The notes beneath the pieces were generated by a model, which was given only the letters and a program-made list of their open reading frames with translations, ran no database searches and was not told where the DNA came from. DNA of 64,000 bases from Chrysomallon squamiferum (taxonomy: Eukaryota > Animalia > Mollusca), in assembly GCA_012295275.1 (NCBI GenBank), contig CM022673.1, positions 8,308,001 to 8,372,000 of the forward strand. Direction: 5' to 3'. Shown here one piece after another: positions 12,792 to 40,599 of the stretch. Numbering within the stretch: the first letter of the stretch is position 1; each line of letters starts with the position of its first letter. The position numbers were made by a program, and so were the translations under genes.

Positions 12792-15700
12792 TTTTAAAAA
12801 TAATCTTTTTTCAAAATAAAAGTTCAAATTTCAAGGTAAAGATTACAAAGAAACAGTAAATTAACCCATTATAAAAACAGTAATTCAAAACTTCCAAACA
12901 GGATGTTACAACAAAAGGAAATATGCACTGCTCACAAATATTCCAAAAATAACTAGTCTCATACTTAAACTAAAGTTGTAAATTATGTCTTATTAAAGTG
13001 TGTATCTGATCAGCATCTAAGTAAGCATGCATATAAAATATACATTTTTCAAGTTAATTGTTGAAGTCCTTACACATATCCATTCCTTAAATACATTATA
13101 CAGTTTTTGTCAACATCATGTAAACATCAAATATCGATAGTATTGATCCTGTTATACAAATGACTACAAGCAAATTTAATTTCCTTGGGGAACTGAGGTC
13201 CCCGTTATTTCCACCATGGTGCACTTGTCAAATGATAAAAATTTATAATGAAACACATGATGCTAATTTTTAGGGAATCTATACTTCTTTTATTAATACT
13301 TTATAAATTTATTTAATTTCATGTGATAATAATATTCTTTTTTAATAAAGAATAATTATTGTTAATTTAAAAAAAAAAAAGATATGGTTTTACTTTAATT
13401 ATTATTTTGGAATACTGGTCATTTTTATTATAGCTAAAACTAAATATTTTTTAAATGAAATAGTAGTATTATTTAAAATTATTATTGAAGGTTTCTTTTT
13501 ATTAAATGAATATTAATTATTGCAGTTTACACAAATGTGCAACTTGAGACAGATGCTTTGTATTTCAATCCAGGCATCTATTCAACTTAAAAATGAAAAT
13601 AACTGAGTATCTGACACTCAATTAATATCACAGATTATATTAAATAATTTAATTTATTAATACAAAGCTATGCACTGAATACATCTGAACAGGATAATGT
13701 ATTGTAACATGACATTTATGACAAATATTTATTAATTATTAAAAATCAGTTGTTTTTTCCAATCTGAAAAATTACTGATGTTGTGAAATTAATTTAATTG
13801 TTATATAAATGTAAAAGTTGTCTTGTCTGAAGCTACCTATGTGTCTGATCTTAAATAAACTGTATGTTGTGCAAATATGTACAAAGAAGTTTTTAAATTT
13901 GTAAAGTTTATCAATATTCAAATATTTACATATCTACATTTCTTGTTCAAAAACAGATTTAGTACTCATATGACATAAAATATTTCTTGACAGAGATTAA
14001 TCATATAATAATTTTTTTATAAAAGGAAACCATCAAAAGCCCCACATATTTATTAAAAAATAATTTTTAAGAAAATTCAATAACAAATAGCATTCTGCAA
14101 AAATGAATTACTTGATGTAATCAATGAATGCAATAATAAATAAATAAAGTCTTTTGGTAGATAATAACATATAATCTATTTTCTGAATCTGTGTTTGAGT
14201 AGTATTTTGTTAAAATGATCTTGTGCCTTTACCTAATCATTATTAAATCATTTATTATGATAGAACATTTTGATATTTTATGTAAGCAATACACTTTCAC
14301 TGTTGCTAATTATGTCTTGTGGAGGAAAAAACATTTTTTAAAAAAATTTCCCCACCAGGAAATATCCCCAATTTGTTTCCCTTCAGAAAAATAATTTTAT
14401 TTTGATATTAATAATTAATGGCCTACATTGGAATATGGTTATCATCAAAAACACAACATAAATTTAGTTACACAAATATTAAATGCTATATGTAAACTAT
14501 GCACTATGCAAATCCTTCAATTAATTACAGCCATAATTATTACTTGAACTGATAGATGACTGTTTTGCTTTTGTTTGAAAAGAACATAAATGAAAAAAAA
14601 CAGAAACCAGTATTAATTACTATTATATATACATGTACTAACTCTATACCACACCTAATACAGGTCACCTTCTGTAATAATTTTATATTCTTGTATAGCC
14701 ATGTTTTTTAAAATAAATTTAAATTCAGGAAACAAAAATGGAGGAATTGCTTTATTTAATGATGCACTTTTTAAATATATATATATTATATTTACCTGTA
14801 TGTGATTAAGAACAAAAATAAGGAGAAATGTCTACTGCCATCAAGTTTTTAAATATTTTCCTTTCATTAGTAGAAAATACATTTTATATTAAAATCTTAG
14901 AAAGGATAGTTTATAATTGAGCCATTCATGGGGCTTTGACAGGTCTGATAAATAACCACTTGGGTGCACTGTGAAAAACTGATCCTGAAATCTCTATCCC
15001 AATTCCTGTGCTTTAACCAACAACCTACATCTTGGTTATCAACTGTAAAAGTATATAATCAATCACAGAATAAAAGAGCATTTATCTATCTTTTTTTTTT
15101 TTTTTGAATTTGAACTAGATATATATATATAATCACACTTATTCTGTAACTTTCCAGACTATTAATAGCATTGTTTAAAAAATAATAATAAATAAATAAA
15201 TAAAAAATAAAATAATAATTTAAAAAAATAAAACAATTAAAATAAAATAAATAGTTTACAAAAAATAATAATAAAATAAAATAAAAGTTAATGGAAAAAA
15301 ACTCATTTTTCATACAGCTGTAAACATCTGTAAAACTATACAAACTAGAAGCAGCATCTGAATGGCTGTCAGTATTAGATGTTTTTATTGAAAACTGCAG
15401 AATAAACTGAAGTATTATGAAAACAAATATTCACTGACTTAAAAATTCACGTATTTTGTAATAAAGGTAAAGGTAATAGTTTGGATGTAATAATTAGTAT
15501 AAAGCAAATATTTCTGGTATTAATTTGTACATATATATCTGTACACCATAAACACTGGAAATACTGAAATGTTATTATACAGACTGCATTTAATTTATTT
15601 AAAACCTAAAATACTAAATCTAATATATTTTTTAAATTTTCCATTTCAAAAAATAAACTTAAAAGCTAGTTTAAAAACAAAATGTATCTGTGTCATTTGT

Positions 15701-15893
15701 AATTCTAAACAACAAAAACTGAATACAAATATTAAAAATATCATAAATTAAATTCAGAAACCATGAGAAACGTCAACGTTTGTTTCTGGCGTGTGTCGTC
15801 TGCCAAACATTTTATTAACTGATTGAAGGATTCACATTTAGATTTGTTCAAATGTGATGTTTTTACCGTAATAGGGACACTCCAATAACTTAC

Positions 15894-16020
15894 CTACTAC
15901 CAACAAACGAAGCAGGATGTGAATTTCTAATTTACATCCGCAACCTTTTTATTCAGAAAAGACTTTCTCAGAAACCTCACGCCACATTCATCAACAAACA
16001 CACGCGATCCGGCGAATACA
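15894..16020 (-). promoter_or_regulatory. Candidate non-coding first exon / promoter of ACLY
   Basis: The ATG exon has a splice acceptor at 10077-10078, so an upstream 5' UTR exon is expected. A strong donor TAG|GTAAGT lies at 15893-15892 inside a local CpG-containing patch (about 15770-16140) in otherwise CpG-poor DNA. An SRE-like TCACGCCAC is at 15977-15985. The upstream boundary is approximate. Confidence 0.6.
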
Positions 16021-16439
16021 CTGGTTACACAAATCTCTATGTCAAACTATGCATAGCGGATCAAATTTAAAAACCAGTGTATGATGGTGTCATTTTTCTC
16101 GACCTTTGGTGTTTGTACACGCAATAAAGTCGCGAACCACTAGAAAACATTTGGTAAAAATTTATGTCACAGTGACAGTAGTCTTGGTGGCACAGAGTTT
16201 TAAGCCAACAACAGTTAAGTTACAGGGATGGGCTCTGACAATAAATAACGGTTTTTCTTGCTTTAAAAGCTATTGCTTATCCGCAGATTTTTTATTTTTT
16301 TTTTTTTTAGAAATCATTTAAAAAAAATATATAAATAAATAAATAAAAAAATAAAAATAAAAAATAAAAAAACATATTAATAAATGTTTATGTCTTTGTT
16401 ATTATTATTCTATGTGATAGCTATGATCATAAAACGAAT

Positions 16440-16740
16440 TTTGTCCTTTAAATTGGTGACAAGAACCTTGCTACGAATTGTCAAATTTCAAACATCAAAA
16501 AATTCTATCTGACTTTCAAAAGCTATTATGTCCAAAGCCAACCTAACAGTCAGAACATTTGTACATGCAGCTTCAAAGAAATGGAACAGTCAGCTCTACA
16601 AATTATCATATCTTCAGAAACCATACAATTTTCAAAGCAGACTCGAGACTATCCTTTTTAAGATGTACTACCATGACCGTAACAAACTTAACAGCCTGAT
16701 GCCAACTCTAAACATATCTCTTAAGTAACTATGATTAATA
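16440..16740 (+). mobile_element. Degenerate 3' end of an L2/CR1-group LINE
   Basis: The translation RTFVHAASKKWNSQ...FQSRLETILF resembles the R.F...A.KLWN.LP....FK..LKT.LF tail of L2/CR1-clade ORF2 proteins. Confidence 0.55.
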
Positions 16741-18880
16741 AACTTTTCTGCTTCAACTATTGCTATTGTGTATAGACTCTGGGTAGGCAATTATGTTTAC
16801 AGCAAACAGCTCCATAGATAGTAGACTGGAATATGCACATTTTTGCCATGTAAATATTTTCGCTCTGCTACAACCAAACACACATGGGTGATATATGAAT
16901 GCATATATTATTGTTATTATATTTCTGATTATTAATGTTTAATGGACCTTGTACATTTTTAAAAAGATGATAGGTAAAATCAACGCTGAAAGACAGCAAG
17001 ATATTTTCAAATAATTATTTCACACACACAGGAATGCCTCTTTTTTGATAAATCTGTGACTGGAAATTAGCTGGGAGATGAAATCTTTCTTTGAAAAATT
17101 ATATTATAATAATCAGAAGCATTAAGTCAAATTTGTTTTATTACAGAAACATTGAAACATTAAATGATTAATCCATAATGGTAATAGACATATTTCCAAA
17201 TTTAATTTGATTTCTATCCACTTCATTGTTAAATTTTAATAATGTATGAATTAACAATTCTTAACCAAATTATTATTGTGGTTAATACCATTATAAATAT
17301 ACTATGTACCATTCATAAACAAGTTTCCAGTTAGGAAAAGATAGGCTATAATTACTTTTTGCAAATATTAGTGATCTGTGTGCATGAATATTTATTAACA
17401 CCTTAAATTTTGTAGTTTCAAGAAGTAGGGGATGGAAATTGAAAAAAAGTACATAAAACAATGCTCATATTAATATTTTATTGAACTGTGGTTTTTTTTT
17501 TAGGATTTAAAGCATATAGTAATTATATAAGTATACAAAAATACCTGAAAGATCATTACTCTTATGAACACAGTTTACATATTTGCTACAAAATTAAAAT
17601 ATACATCTTAAATGAAATTAATAAATGAAAAGTTGGCACATTCCTTTTTCTTTTTCTTTTAACTTTATGAATTAAAATAGGCAATTGATATTAATGACAA
17701 GTAAACCTGGATTTATCTAAAAAGACTATCAAAATCTGTGTGACTGATTCTTTCTCATCTCAACAAAGTCATTTATATAAACACATTAATAACACATTTA
17801 TTAAATTAAGGCACATAATTAACTTATTACTTTATAAAAGACCAGATGTCAGATGACTAATTATAAAATGATGAAAAAGATTCTTATTCTCATTTACATT
17901 AAATTTGAATACAACTATATGAACAAACAACAATGGATTGTGCATCTTTCACAGCCAGTTAAAATAAACATACTCTCTTATCTCATTCACATTAAGTTGA
18001 TATAAACAAAATTGGCTGATATTAATAATTTATTACAATTTGTAAATGGCACTCTAACACCCAGAAAGGCATTCCATGTTAATGATTAATGTACTTCTTT
18101 ATGCATCATGTCATTCAAATGAATATGAAGGTACACTTACAATATTATTAATGAACTATTAAATGTTAAATCTCTGCAAAACTGATTGTCTTTCTTTACA
18201 TATTAAGTCGTAAAAACATCTTGTAAATAAATGTAATGAAGCACATTGAAGTAAGGGTCTTGTTATGTCATTGACGGGGTAACAAAAGTGAAATTATATG
18301 AAGACAAATTTGAATAAAACAAATATACACTTATAACACATACTAAAAAATTTCAACATAAGCACAAAAATAACTACCGATACATCAACAAATTAAGTTT
18401 TTATGGACATGGGATATGAAGTCATTTTGACTAAGTCGTGCACACCATAATCTTACATTTTGAAAGAGCAACAAATGAGACAATAAAAGTAGTGTTTACT
18501 TGAATATAATATTTTGTCTTTGTAAATAAACATGTGCATTGGGTGTAAAGTAGATCTGATAATCTGTTTCTTCTACTGTTAATTGTGCAATACAAGTCAA
18601 TGTATTAATGTCTGATTCTACCAGTTAGTAATGTCTACACAGTCATTAGCTAATACTGATGAAGGAAATAACTTCTATACAATCAGTGGATACTCATTTC
18701 AGTGAACAGTATTCTGGCTCCTTCTATTACACGTCTGTACAATATTTGTAAAAAGAAGAAGACATTTTTTTTTATTTACTGAATCAATATCTTTTTAATC
18801 TTTGATTATACAGTGTCTAAGAAATCACTGTGTGTTTAAGGACTAGATTCATATTAAATCACACTGGTGAAATGAGAAGT

Positions 18881-32344
<13,464 letters not shown>

Positions 32345-33499
32345 GATGGTCAGCTTGAAGTAACTAGTTTTTCTTCAGCAACTTGAAGATGACTTCATTA
32401 TATATGTAGTGTAAATATATCATCCACACACATAAACAAAAGAATAAAAGTTACAACATCTGACCTGAAAAACCGGATGACTGCATGTAGATTGAATGTC
32501 ACTTCGTTCTTATTATGATAATGTGAATTTACTAAATGTGCACGGTGTTCACTGAATAATAATTACTATGTGTCAGTTTGTCTCCTATGCGAGGAGTCAT
32601 GCCATACATAAATAAGAAAAAACAGACAAATAACTTCTTGAACAGTTACATTTTCCTAGCTCTTAAATGTTACCAACATAATTACTCGCCATCACTGTTA
32701 AATGTCTGAACATAACGAAGGGAAATAATTCAGATAATAAATTATTTGAAGTTACTTCCCATAACTTCTGTAACTTTGATTTCAAACATCACTGATTTAG
32801 AATAATTATTCTTTATTTTTACTTATCTCAAGGAAGTAAATACGAAACTTGGATAAAATGAAAGGAAAATCGTATACATCATATAAAATAATGATTTTAT
32901 ATATTTTTTTTAATCAACAAATGCGAAACAAAAAATTGTTATTATTTCAACACAAATTACAAGAAGATTAAAAGTTTTTATTTACATATCTTAGCATCAT
33001 CTCTCGGAGCATCTCTTTGAAATTATTAATTTTAGTTTTAGTTTTCTATAAAAGTAATGTTTCATTTCGTTTAAAAGTTAATCAATATATTTGGCAGCTG
33101 TATAATAAATATTCATCTAAATAAAAGTCCACTTCGTTCAAGGAATTAATCAATTTTAAATCATGTACACGTACATATTACAATAATTACACTGTCTTGG
33201 TTGATATTTCTTGACAAATGTTACAAGGGTGGGGGATGTATTATTATTATTATTATTATAATTATTATTATTGTTGTTGCTGTTGTTGTTGTTGTTGTTT
33301 AAGTAGTATAATTCAATATATCGAACCTACTCTATCCAGAACATCTACAAGCACAAAAACAAAAACAAAAGATACCTCTTTTATGTTACTTGCTTTTCCA
33401 CTGACTATATATATATATATCTGTCTCTCTAACTGTCTGTCTGTCTGTCTACCTATCTATCGGCCTGTATGTCTGTCTCTCTATGCATCTGTCTATCTA

Positions 33500-33720
33500 T
33501 ATAAATAAGACTCCATCACTCGTGATAGACTCGCTCCAGTTGAGCCGTAACTAGTTTCTTCTCGTCTCATTTCTCGTGATGGAATTTTTGTAAATAATAA
33601 TAAACCTCTGGGAGGCGGGATGTCTGATGTTAGCGTTAGCCGATAACAGCAAACCACGAAATATGTGAGGTTTTAGTTTGAAACCTTTACACAAGAGTCA
33701 TATGACTGACACGTGATAAC
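33500..33720. promoter_or_regulatory. Candidate WRN promoter region
   Basis: First CpG-containing patch upstream of the WRN ATG exon. It has E2F-like GGCGGGA (33614-33620), TTTGAAA (33677-33683) and an E-box CACGTG (33710-33715). Motif evidence only. Confidence 0.4.
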
Positions 33721-33781
33721 AGTTAAAATGTGGTTTCGAATTAATATTCATTTATAAACATAGAGAAATGTAGCCTACGGG

Positions 33782-33823
<42 letters not shown>

Positions 33824-34244
33824 ATGTTCTGGATCAAAGAAATACTGAAAATATTCTGCTTCCTAGAAAGTTTCACTTTCTGTCATTCCCACACTGAATG
33901 TATAATTAGATCTGCCTGTAAACTGTTACATTTATGTTTTCTTTGATAACCTAACTCCAAACGATGTAAAGGAAAGTAATTTTCTTGAGTCAGGTAAATA
34001 GCACGGCTCAAACTACCAAATTAATTGATTCTTAAATTGTTCTATGTAACATTCAATTAAAGACTAAATTGAAAAAACATGATAACAATAATGTTATATT
34101 TTGGAAAGTCTTATTTTAGCATATCTAAAACAGGAAGCAAACGATAGTTAATATGTTATGTACTTGTAGCTGGGTGAGGCAACGTACTTTGATGTAATTA
34201 GTTCTTCGAAGAAGAAAAGGATTAAAGAAAGTGAAAGTGCATTA

Positions 34245-34247
<3 letters not shown>

Positions 34248-34319
<72 letters not shown>
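34248..34319. repeat. (GA)n microsatellite
   Basis: Pure GA run. Confidence 0.95.
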
Positions 34320-34323
<4 letters not shown>

Positions 34324-35056
34324 TTGCAAAATCAAACTAGCTATAGTTCTTTTCATTCGTTTGATTCTTTTCATTTGTTTCAGGAAACAACGTCTGACAT
34401 TTCCTAGAATTATGCCAGTTATCTCCCTTACACCTTTAAGTCGCGCGTAGCTCGCAAAAACAAGCAAAGAAACACGCCACTGGCTTTATCAGAGAGTGCG
34501 TCTTGTCGTAGACGTGCTTCACCATTGCTTCACCATTCACTGACTCACTCACACCCACAAATATACAAGTACACATACACATTCACATACACACACTAAC
34601 ACGTGAACTCAAGAGAAAGAAACACAAAGCCAGAAAAGCAATATAGTTCATGCAAACAAATAAAATAATTGTACTGTTTGAGAGAATAAATTCACTGTCA
34701 TTCCTTTTATCCCGAGGCAGACGTTTATAGAAGCAGACAGGAAGCAATGTTCCCAGAAGCTGTGAGTGAAAGGTAATTGACATAGACAATTTCTGTGAAA
34801 TCTCGTTTCTTATACACATCTGAACATGTCTTTATAATTAAGTACATAATGTGTATCAATAAAAGCACTAAAAACAGTCTTGTTTAATGATATGGCTATA
34901 CACTCGTAAAGGTGCATCCAGGCTTTATTGCAGGAGGATAGGTCTGGCAATCCGGATCGCTGGAAGTTTACCAATATTAAAAGTGTTGTGTTATGAAAAA
35001 CAAGGCATTTTCCATGCTTTTTGATGTATATATATTATAATATATTTACATTGCTA

Positions 35057-35066
35057 CACACACACA

Positions 35067-35161
<95 letters not shown>

Positions 35162-35170
35162 ACACACACA
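35057..35170. repeat. (CA)n microsatellite
   Basis: Near-pure CA run. Confidence 0.95.
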
Positions 35171-35433
35171 TGCATAACTGAAAAATATTATTATTGCAAA
35201 CAGAAAATTTCTTTCTTGCATTTTGACGAAGCGCTTTCCAATGAATGAAAATAAAACCTGATATCTGGATAAGGTAGGCAGGTCAAGATAATATCGAATT
35301 TAGTGTAAGCTGATAGGACAGACTCGTGGCTTTTCGTAAAAAAGTTAATATCGGGGATACGTGCACACATCTAGACAGGTTTGTGTTTTGTTTATCATAA
35401 CCAGTTGCAATCAATCAACAGCAGTTTACAACA

Positions 35434-35465
<32 letters not shown>

Positions 35466-36073
35466 ACTTTATTGTGGTCGTAGTTGGGACAGTTTCTACC
35501 ATGACAGGATAATGTCTTCCCGCTACATAGGTGAAGAGCTTCCAAACGTTAGCAATAACAACCATATCAGTTGTTTATATTTTATGTATACATCACATTT
35601 CTATATATGATAATTATGTTTTTTGTTTAAACTTTATGTCTTAAAGACAGATTAGATCCCATGTGAGAGACGATCCCAAGTGCCCACGCAAATTTACAAC
35701 TAAGTTTGTGTTTATTTATGTTTGTTTTCTTTTATCTTTTGAGAGGTTTGCTCGGTAATCGAAATGTCTGTCGAATTTCTCTCAAATATAATTTTTGTTA
35801 GATGAACACTGACCACAGTGTAAATAAAAGTTTAACATTATATTATTATTCCCGAAGTAAACTGAGCATCGTTGACCCTGCTATAGAGATTTATTCTCTC
35901 GCTGTTAAACATTAAGACCTAATATGTTTAGTATACAGTGATTGATATTTGTTAAGTGGATTTCGATCCAAACAGTATGCCCAAACATAAATTTAAATTA
36001 CTTTTGATTGTGCATTGTGACCGATTAATTTTAGAAATGTTTATAAGAAGTGATGATGATGATGATGACAACG

Positions 36074-36147
<74 letters not shown>

Positions 36148-36829
36148 AAATAATAAAAATGGAACTCCTTCCATTAAAAACTCTCAGATTTCCCACAAAA
36201 TGGAACAAAACAAAATAAAACAAACAACAGTTACTAATAAACAAGAACGCTTTTGGTACAGAGCTGATGTTCTCGTTATTGTGCATCAGGCTAGTATCTT
36301 TTAACGTAAATCAGGTAAAATAAATATTGCTAACTGATTGCCATAAAATGCACCGCAGACCTCCGATACCTCCAAACACATGTAAAACAACGTGTACTTT
36401 ACTCTTCGTGAAGAAAACCAGTCGAAATAATCCCCGATGAAAAACATCTGTATGTACGTAGTCATCACCGGTATAAAGGTAAAAACTGATATCTTGTGTT
36501 TATTTCCGACGCAATTTTTATTAAAGTGTTTTATGATCAAAATAAGGTTCTGATCATACAAGGCAGCTGTTCAATATCTGTTTATTACTTCGGTGTTGGT
36601 GAACTTCGTGTTTGTAATGTCGCAGTGGTGGCGGGACTAACGCGCGTGCAATATTTTCTGGGTCCAGATCTTGGCTCGGTAGCTGAGGAATAAACACAAC
36701 ACACATCAAATAAACAATAGTAAACATACTTCCTTTATTCTCACGTGTTTTTATTAAGAGCAAAGAAGTTTTCTTTCGTTGTTGTTTAGTCCCCTTTTCT
36801 TCATCTTTTTCCTTTGTTTCTTTTTATTA

Positions 36830-36868
<39 letters not shown>

Positions 36869-38428
36869 TAGTGTTCTTCAGGCAGTTAACCATTACAGTG
36901 TAATGAGGTCAGACCCTAGACTGTCTGCTCTGCTGTGGGTTAAATGTGTTTTTTGTTTTGTTTGTTTTTTTGTTTCGACCTTGAAGTCCTCCGACAAATT
37001 TGTTTTATTAGTGTGGAATTTCTGGTTTCGAAATGTAATACGTATGATACAAACCGGCTTGGGTTTTACTCAGTCTGTACCGACTAAACTGTTATTCATG
37101 ATGCAAATGTTGTTTTTTGTTTGTTTTTAAACGGAGAGATTATTAACTAATAAAACACCTTTTCGTGTATCTTGTGTCTGTCTATTTGTGTGTGTCTGAA
37201 TTGTGTATGAAGTATGATCAAGGTGTAAATAATATATAATGTACTGAGTTAATTATACACTGAGACATTTTATTTTATTATTATTGTTACTTTTATATAA
37301 ATAATATTGTTTATATTTTACGTTAGATCATAAATTAACTATTAAGTAACATCTGTGTTCTGCTTTTTATTTTTGTGTGCCAGTATCAAATCATAATTCA
37401 TCCGGAATAATTCTAAATATCTGTCAGTTTACGCTATGCTTCTAGTAAATGTATGGACTAACTTTTTACGGACTGATGATTTTATTTATCGCATGAGTGC
37501 ATGTTGTAAACCAGTATGCCTCTTTCGCGGGAATAGACACACCTAAACTCCACTGCTTTCAGTAAAAGAGGCATGGCAAAACCAATTAATTTGGCACTGC
37601 AAGTGGTGACAGATCCCCTTGAGTGTCGAGAAAAATTACCAGAAATAGACTGACGTGTTACATTTTTGGAGTCGTTCCCGAATCGAATGAACTGATCGTA
37701 GAAAATAGCCCATTAACATTTAGCACTAATTCGTTCCAATCAGTCCTCCCAATAAACTTCTGTTGTCTTTCATTTTATTTATATTTTGTTTAAAGAGAAA
37801 AAAAAATAGTCGTCTTTAAGATATACCCTTGTTTTGTATGAAATTCAGAGTTAATAAAATTAAAAAAAAATAAAATGGAAATTAACAATAAAGTGAAATG
37901 AGCTTTAGCTGGAATGCAAAGACAATTCTGGAACTATTTTATTAGGTGATTAACAGATTTAAGTTCAGTGGACTTAAAAAGTTGGCACATTGTAGAGATG
38001 TGTTTCACGTTATCAAAAACACATTTATTAGTTAACATTTTCTAAAGTGGTAGAGATGGCTGTCATATGTATTGGTGATTAGTACTTTCATATGTAGCAT
38101 TTGTGTACTTTAATCAGAAATGAAAAAGCTGTGATAATAATAATAAATATAGTAATAAGTATTTATTTCATTAGTGATTTTTTTTTTTTTAACAAAGATT
38201 ACATTTATAAATAATTTTGCAAATGAAACAAACAGTGAATTAATCAACAGTTTCATGATATAAAAAAGATAAATATGTACATGAATTTAAAAAAACAAAA
38301 GAAACAATAATTACACTAATAAGCACCCTGTTTCGAACAAACATGCTGAGCTTAGGCCCATAACTGGCATGCTTCTTTTAAAAATAAATCAAATCGACCC
38401 TCACGTGGACAAGAAAATGGAAAGTGAG

Positions 38429-38467
<39 letters not shown>

Positions 38468-40404
38468 AAATAAAAAACAACAACCCTACAGAAAAAGTCT
38501 TCAAATGCTTCTCGCGATAACAGAAAGTAGTTACCGTCGTCATGGATACGTTCCTGCCAAAGGGGGCGGGAAAAAAATCGAATCTGGCGTTAACGTTAAG
38601 TGGGTCTGCATCTTCATGTCAAAACTGTCATCGGACTTTTAAAATGAATCTCCGTTGATGTACAATAATTAAGAAACTAATTTATTACTCGGCTAAAATA
38701 ACTGTAACGTATGGAAACCATCTGACCAACTTTAAAAATATATAAAAGAGATCTAGTATTAAAATATTTGAAAAAAAAAAAAAAAAAAAAAAAAAAAGAA
38801 ACAACAGAAATTACAAATAGTTATTGATTCAGAAGCCAGAATATTTGTTATATTAGTACGAAGATTTATTGCAGTAATGACACTGTAACAAAACAAAACT
38901 CAAAAGTCACAGAGGAAAAATTAACAAACTAAACGCTACGAAAAGAAATGAAGAAAACGTCATTAATTCGACTAAAACGAAGTGAAATACATTTTAATGG
39001 TGAAGATGAAAACAAATGTGTGTAACATTTAAAACAGTTTCAACTTTAGAGAAATGTATAATTATATGGATTTATATAAAGACCATTGTTTTTATGTTTT
39101 AAACTGATCAGTTTAAAACCCTATGTTTCTACAAAACTGATGGCGTACTTTTGGTGTCGATAATCCTGGTTTATACAGGTTGTTAACAAGTTTTTTACAA
39201 GCAAGTTTGGAATGCAAAGTATGAGGCAACTTACGCTATGGGCTTTTAAAATATGGTAAAGTGCAAATAGATTCGCCGGTGATAAAGAAGCTTTCCACGT
39301 GTCAAAATTCTTCTTCTGCAAAGAAAGCAAAAATGCTTCGGTAACGACATTTATAATCAGAATGTTCCAAAACACGAAGGAATTCATGTCTGTTTCCGTC
39401 ATTTCGTAGAAAACAAAACTGGTATTATCATCTGCAAATACCTTCTTGTAAACACACGAGAGTAAAAAAAAAAAAAAAAAAAGAAAAAAAAATTAAAAAA
39501 AGACAGAAGGAAAAAGAGTAAAGAAATAAGACATTTGACTAAACACTGCATTTTCAATCCTGCCAGTTAAAACAAATTTGATTTTTATTCTGTTTGTCTT
39601 TTGACATTACATTAAATGTGATAAAAAATGGATTATTTGAAAAGAAGTAAATCTTTATGCACAACTTCATGGTAAATAAATATGTTACTATATTTGTTAA
39701 AAAAAAAAAAAAGTTATTACACCATTTCTGTCACAATACACATAATTTTCATCAAACGAATTCGTATTGCACACTATTAGAAAAAACAAAACAACCCAAC
39801 AACAACAAAAAAAACAACAACACAAAAACAAGTCACCCTCTTGCTCTTAATGTCTGTCTGATGAAGACATTCACATACATGCACATACTTACAGATTAAT
39901 GAAAAAAACCCAACTAATAACAAAGAATCAACAATTATGATATGCAAAAACGATGTCACCGGTACAAAGGGAAACAATATGATAAATAAGTAGGTTTTTC
40001 TTTATAGCGTACTTTTCACCAAATGTAGGTTTCTGATTAATTTGAATCTTACCTCGATGTGTTAAGGCTCAAACATCTCATGAAATACACCCATAAAATC
40101 AAATCACCACTTACTTGTTAAACATGATTATGTTGTAATTATAAATAATTATTATAGTTAATAATTATTGTCTTCAGGAAGAAGAAGCAGAAGAAGAAGA
40201 AGAAGAAGAAGAAAAAGATAAAAGAAGAAGAAAAAAAAATCATTAATAAATACACATTATCACTGTAGTTCTACTTCAAGTAAAACCCGTTTTACTCATT
40301 AAAGACACACTGTCTTTCCGTATTTATATCCTTTCTTTAACCAGTCCAAGTCTCATCTAATGCAGCTGAAATACAAACACCAATAATCAAACAAACAAAT
40401 GAAA

Positions 40405-40406
40405 TA

Positions 40407-40501
<95 letters not shown>
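40405..40501. repeat. (AAT)n microsatellite in the probable 3' UTR of the ligand gene
   Basis: AAT run about 100 nt downstream of the stop codon on the minus strand. Confidence 0.9.
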
Positions 40502-40502
<1 letters not shown>

Positions 40503-40599
40503 GTAATCAGCTTGCTTCACGTGGCACAAGTAACATCGTAACAGTTATGGAACCGTTTTCTTGTTTTGTTTTCAAACATTACTGACAGCAGTGAACTGT

